In this document: in pieces, positions 62,359 through 64,000 of the stretch
Numbering within the stretch: position 1 is the stretch's first letter
How the letters are laid out: each line of letters opens with the position of its first letter
Assembly: GCA_051942245.1 (NCBI GenBank)
Contig: JAVECL010000056.1
Coordinates: 1 to 64,000, forward strand
Direction of reading: 5' to 3'
Source: Trypethelium eluteriae
Lineage: Eukaryota
DNA: 64,000 nucleotides
Translations under genes and position numbers: made by a program
The notes under the pieces: model-generated
The model's input: only the letters and a program-made list of their open reading frames with translations
What the model was told of the DNA's origin: nothing
Databases searched by the model: none

Positions 62359-63744
62359 TCAAGCCCATTGGATGACTTTCTTGAATAAGTGATCCTGGGC
62401 ATCGGTGCTACTTGACCTGCCCCCTAAAGTACGCTTACCACACGCGTGCATGTAGGGTATAACACCTTCAGCTTGCGGAACAGCAGTCTTGTTCATGGAC
62501 GTGCTATTGTCAGAGCCAGAAGAGTAACTTCCCAACGAGAGGCAGTTACACCCGCCGTACCCATGACAGACAGGCCAGATCTTCTTCGTGGACATGTCGC
62601 AAAACTTGCCTTGTTTGTAATTGACGAGGCTAGGGCCGAGGGAGCTGGGGGAATTGCAGAGCGTGGCCACGTCGTGCTCGGGGGTGTTGGTTGTGACTAT
62701 CAAGTCGTAAAAACTTTGCGTATGATTGCCGGCCGATTGTATGCTGGGCCCATTCCGCTTTTCTTTCCGCCGCCGGATGCGTGTTTGGGTACGACCCTGA
62801 GCAGCAGTCGCATTGACGGGCATCTGGGCTAACTCTTCAGCGGGTTCCTCAGCAGGTCGTTCGGAAGGTCTCGTGGGTCGGTAGCGGGATGGAGCAGGCA
62901 CACCACGTTGACGGCCCTTGTGTGTGACTCCGTCGGTCCATAGCTGGGCGATGTCCCTCGTAGCACCGTTTTCAGTATATTGAAGAGTAGGATGAAAAAC
63001 CGGAAGCCAATCCTTTCCTAACTTAAACTTCGTGTAGAAGCTAAACCGGGGTAAGCTACCACACATTGTTCTACGATCCCTCCTATACTCATCTCTAAGG
63101 CCGACTTGCGTGCTGGATTCGATGCTAAAGTCGGTGATGTGCATACCCATGGCGGTATGTCCAAGTGTAAAATTGGGATCTGAGCTGATCCAGACACATC
63201 GTGGCCGGTAGTTATTGTTCCCAACTATTTGGGTAGAATAAAACCAGTCTCCTCCACATTCAGCTCCAACATCTCCGACCCACCCGTGATGAAGCCCAGA
63301 AAAATCGGTCAGGCTGATGTATGAAATGCAAATCGCGTCCGTACCACCAGCGGATACGGCAACGTATGTTGGTACGCCATTATTGCGTTGGTTATCGGTT
63401 TTTTGTCTGATTTGAATATCCCGAAAATTGCCTGCCTTTATTTTTTTTTGGCCATAGCGAATCAAACAAGGAAATATGCATCCGCTGCTGAATCCAAGAC
63501 CATTACCAACATCGTCATAGATCGAGACGCCGGGTACATCGCCCCCGTAGGGCTCGACTTGGAACTCCCCAGGGTCAAGCCCTATCCCAACTCGGACCCT
63601 GGTATAGGTCTCTACTCCTGAAGGTATCCTTGCTTGGATCCCGCCGATGATACCGAATATACTAGCGACGGTACCTCCAATCGTGCCTGTGAGAAACCCA
63701 AATGCGCCTGCAGCGATTCCGAAGCTCACTGGGTCAAACACCAT
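62359..63744 (-). CDS. Hypothetical Cys-rich, probably exported fungal protein
   Basis: 461-aa ORF with a Gly-rich hydrophobic N-terminus and blocks GTDAICISYI, WVGDVGAECGGDWFYS, PRCVWI, LCNSPSSLGPSLV..GKFCDMSTKKIWPVC. Confidence 0.8.
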   Translation of the reverse strand: MVFDPVSFGIAAGAFGFLTGTIGGTVASIFGIIGGIQARIPSGVETYTRVRVGIGLDPGEFQVEPYGGDVPGVSIYDDVGNGLGFSSGCIFPCLIRYGQKKIKAGNFRDIQIRQKTDNQRNNGVPTYVAVSAGGTDAICISYISLTDFSGLHHGWVGDVGAECGGDWFYSTQIVGNNNYRPRCVWISSDPNFTLGHTAMGMHITDFSIESSTQVGLRDEYRRDRRTMCGSLPRFSFYTKFKLGKDWLPVFHPTLQYTENGATRDIAQLWTDGVTHKGRQRGVPAPSRYRPTRPSERPAEEPAEELAQMPVNATAAQGRTQTRIRRRKEKRNGPSIQSAGNHTQSFYDLIVTTNTPEHDVATLCNSPSSLGPSLVNYKQGKFCDMSTKKIWPVCHGYGGCNCLSLGSYSSGSDNSTSMNKTAVPQAEGVIPYMHACGKRTLGGRSSSTDAQDHLFKKVIQWA

Positions 63745-64000
63745 GTTCAGAGGGGACTGTACGTGAGGCGAAGCGTTAAATAGAACGGTAGATGTTTCTA
63801 TCTATAAGAATGAAGACAGTCCTGATCGAAAGTGGAGCTGATTCTAGTCTTCTGGTGCTCTGAATGACTCGGTGGTGTCCAGGAGCCACTATTTGAGAAC
63901 TAGAAAAGTTTTCCTGCCAGCAAGAAAGAAATGAAAAGAGGAGCTTTACAAGGAAGAGCCTCAGAGCTCTGGGCTTTTAAGGAAAAAAGGCGGTGGAGGC

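Overview
Gene-dense eukaryotic DNA from a filamentous ascomycete (Pezizomycotina), judged from short GT/GC-AG introns with CTRAY branch sites and fungal-type orthologues. Conserved core genes (L-galactonate dehydratase lgd1/gaaB, ADA2, YPK1/gad8, PGI1, an ATR1-like MFS pump, an EXPERA/TMEM97 protein, NUP170/157, AIM41, an RKM5-like methyltransferase, FAA1, LAP2/LTA4H) alternate with accessory patches at about 1.7-5.9, 19.3-25.5, 34.6-48.7 and 58-64 kb. The patches hold an APH-like kinase, an F-box gene, a HET gene, an acyltransferase-3, small secreted or lipidated proteins, pseudogenes and short repeats. The most notable signals are: (1) an otherwise intact het-6-like HET gene with one in-frame UAG in an A-to-I editing/readthrough-like context, next to an F-box gene; (2) an unusual C2H2-PHD-2xUIM gene whose 3' splice-site choice could toggle a zinc-finger micro-protein; (3) a DhaL-intact/DhaK-degenerate triose-kinase-like gene near the galacturonate-pathway dehydratase; (4) a secreted protein with ADP-ribosyltransferase-like motifs; (5) two GC-AG introns. 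No rRNA, tRNA, CRISPR array or intact transposon was recognised. Exon boundaries were read by eye and family assignments come from motif recognition, not database searches.
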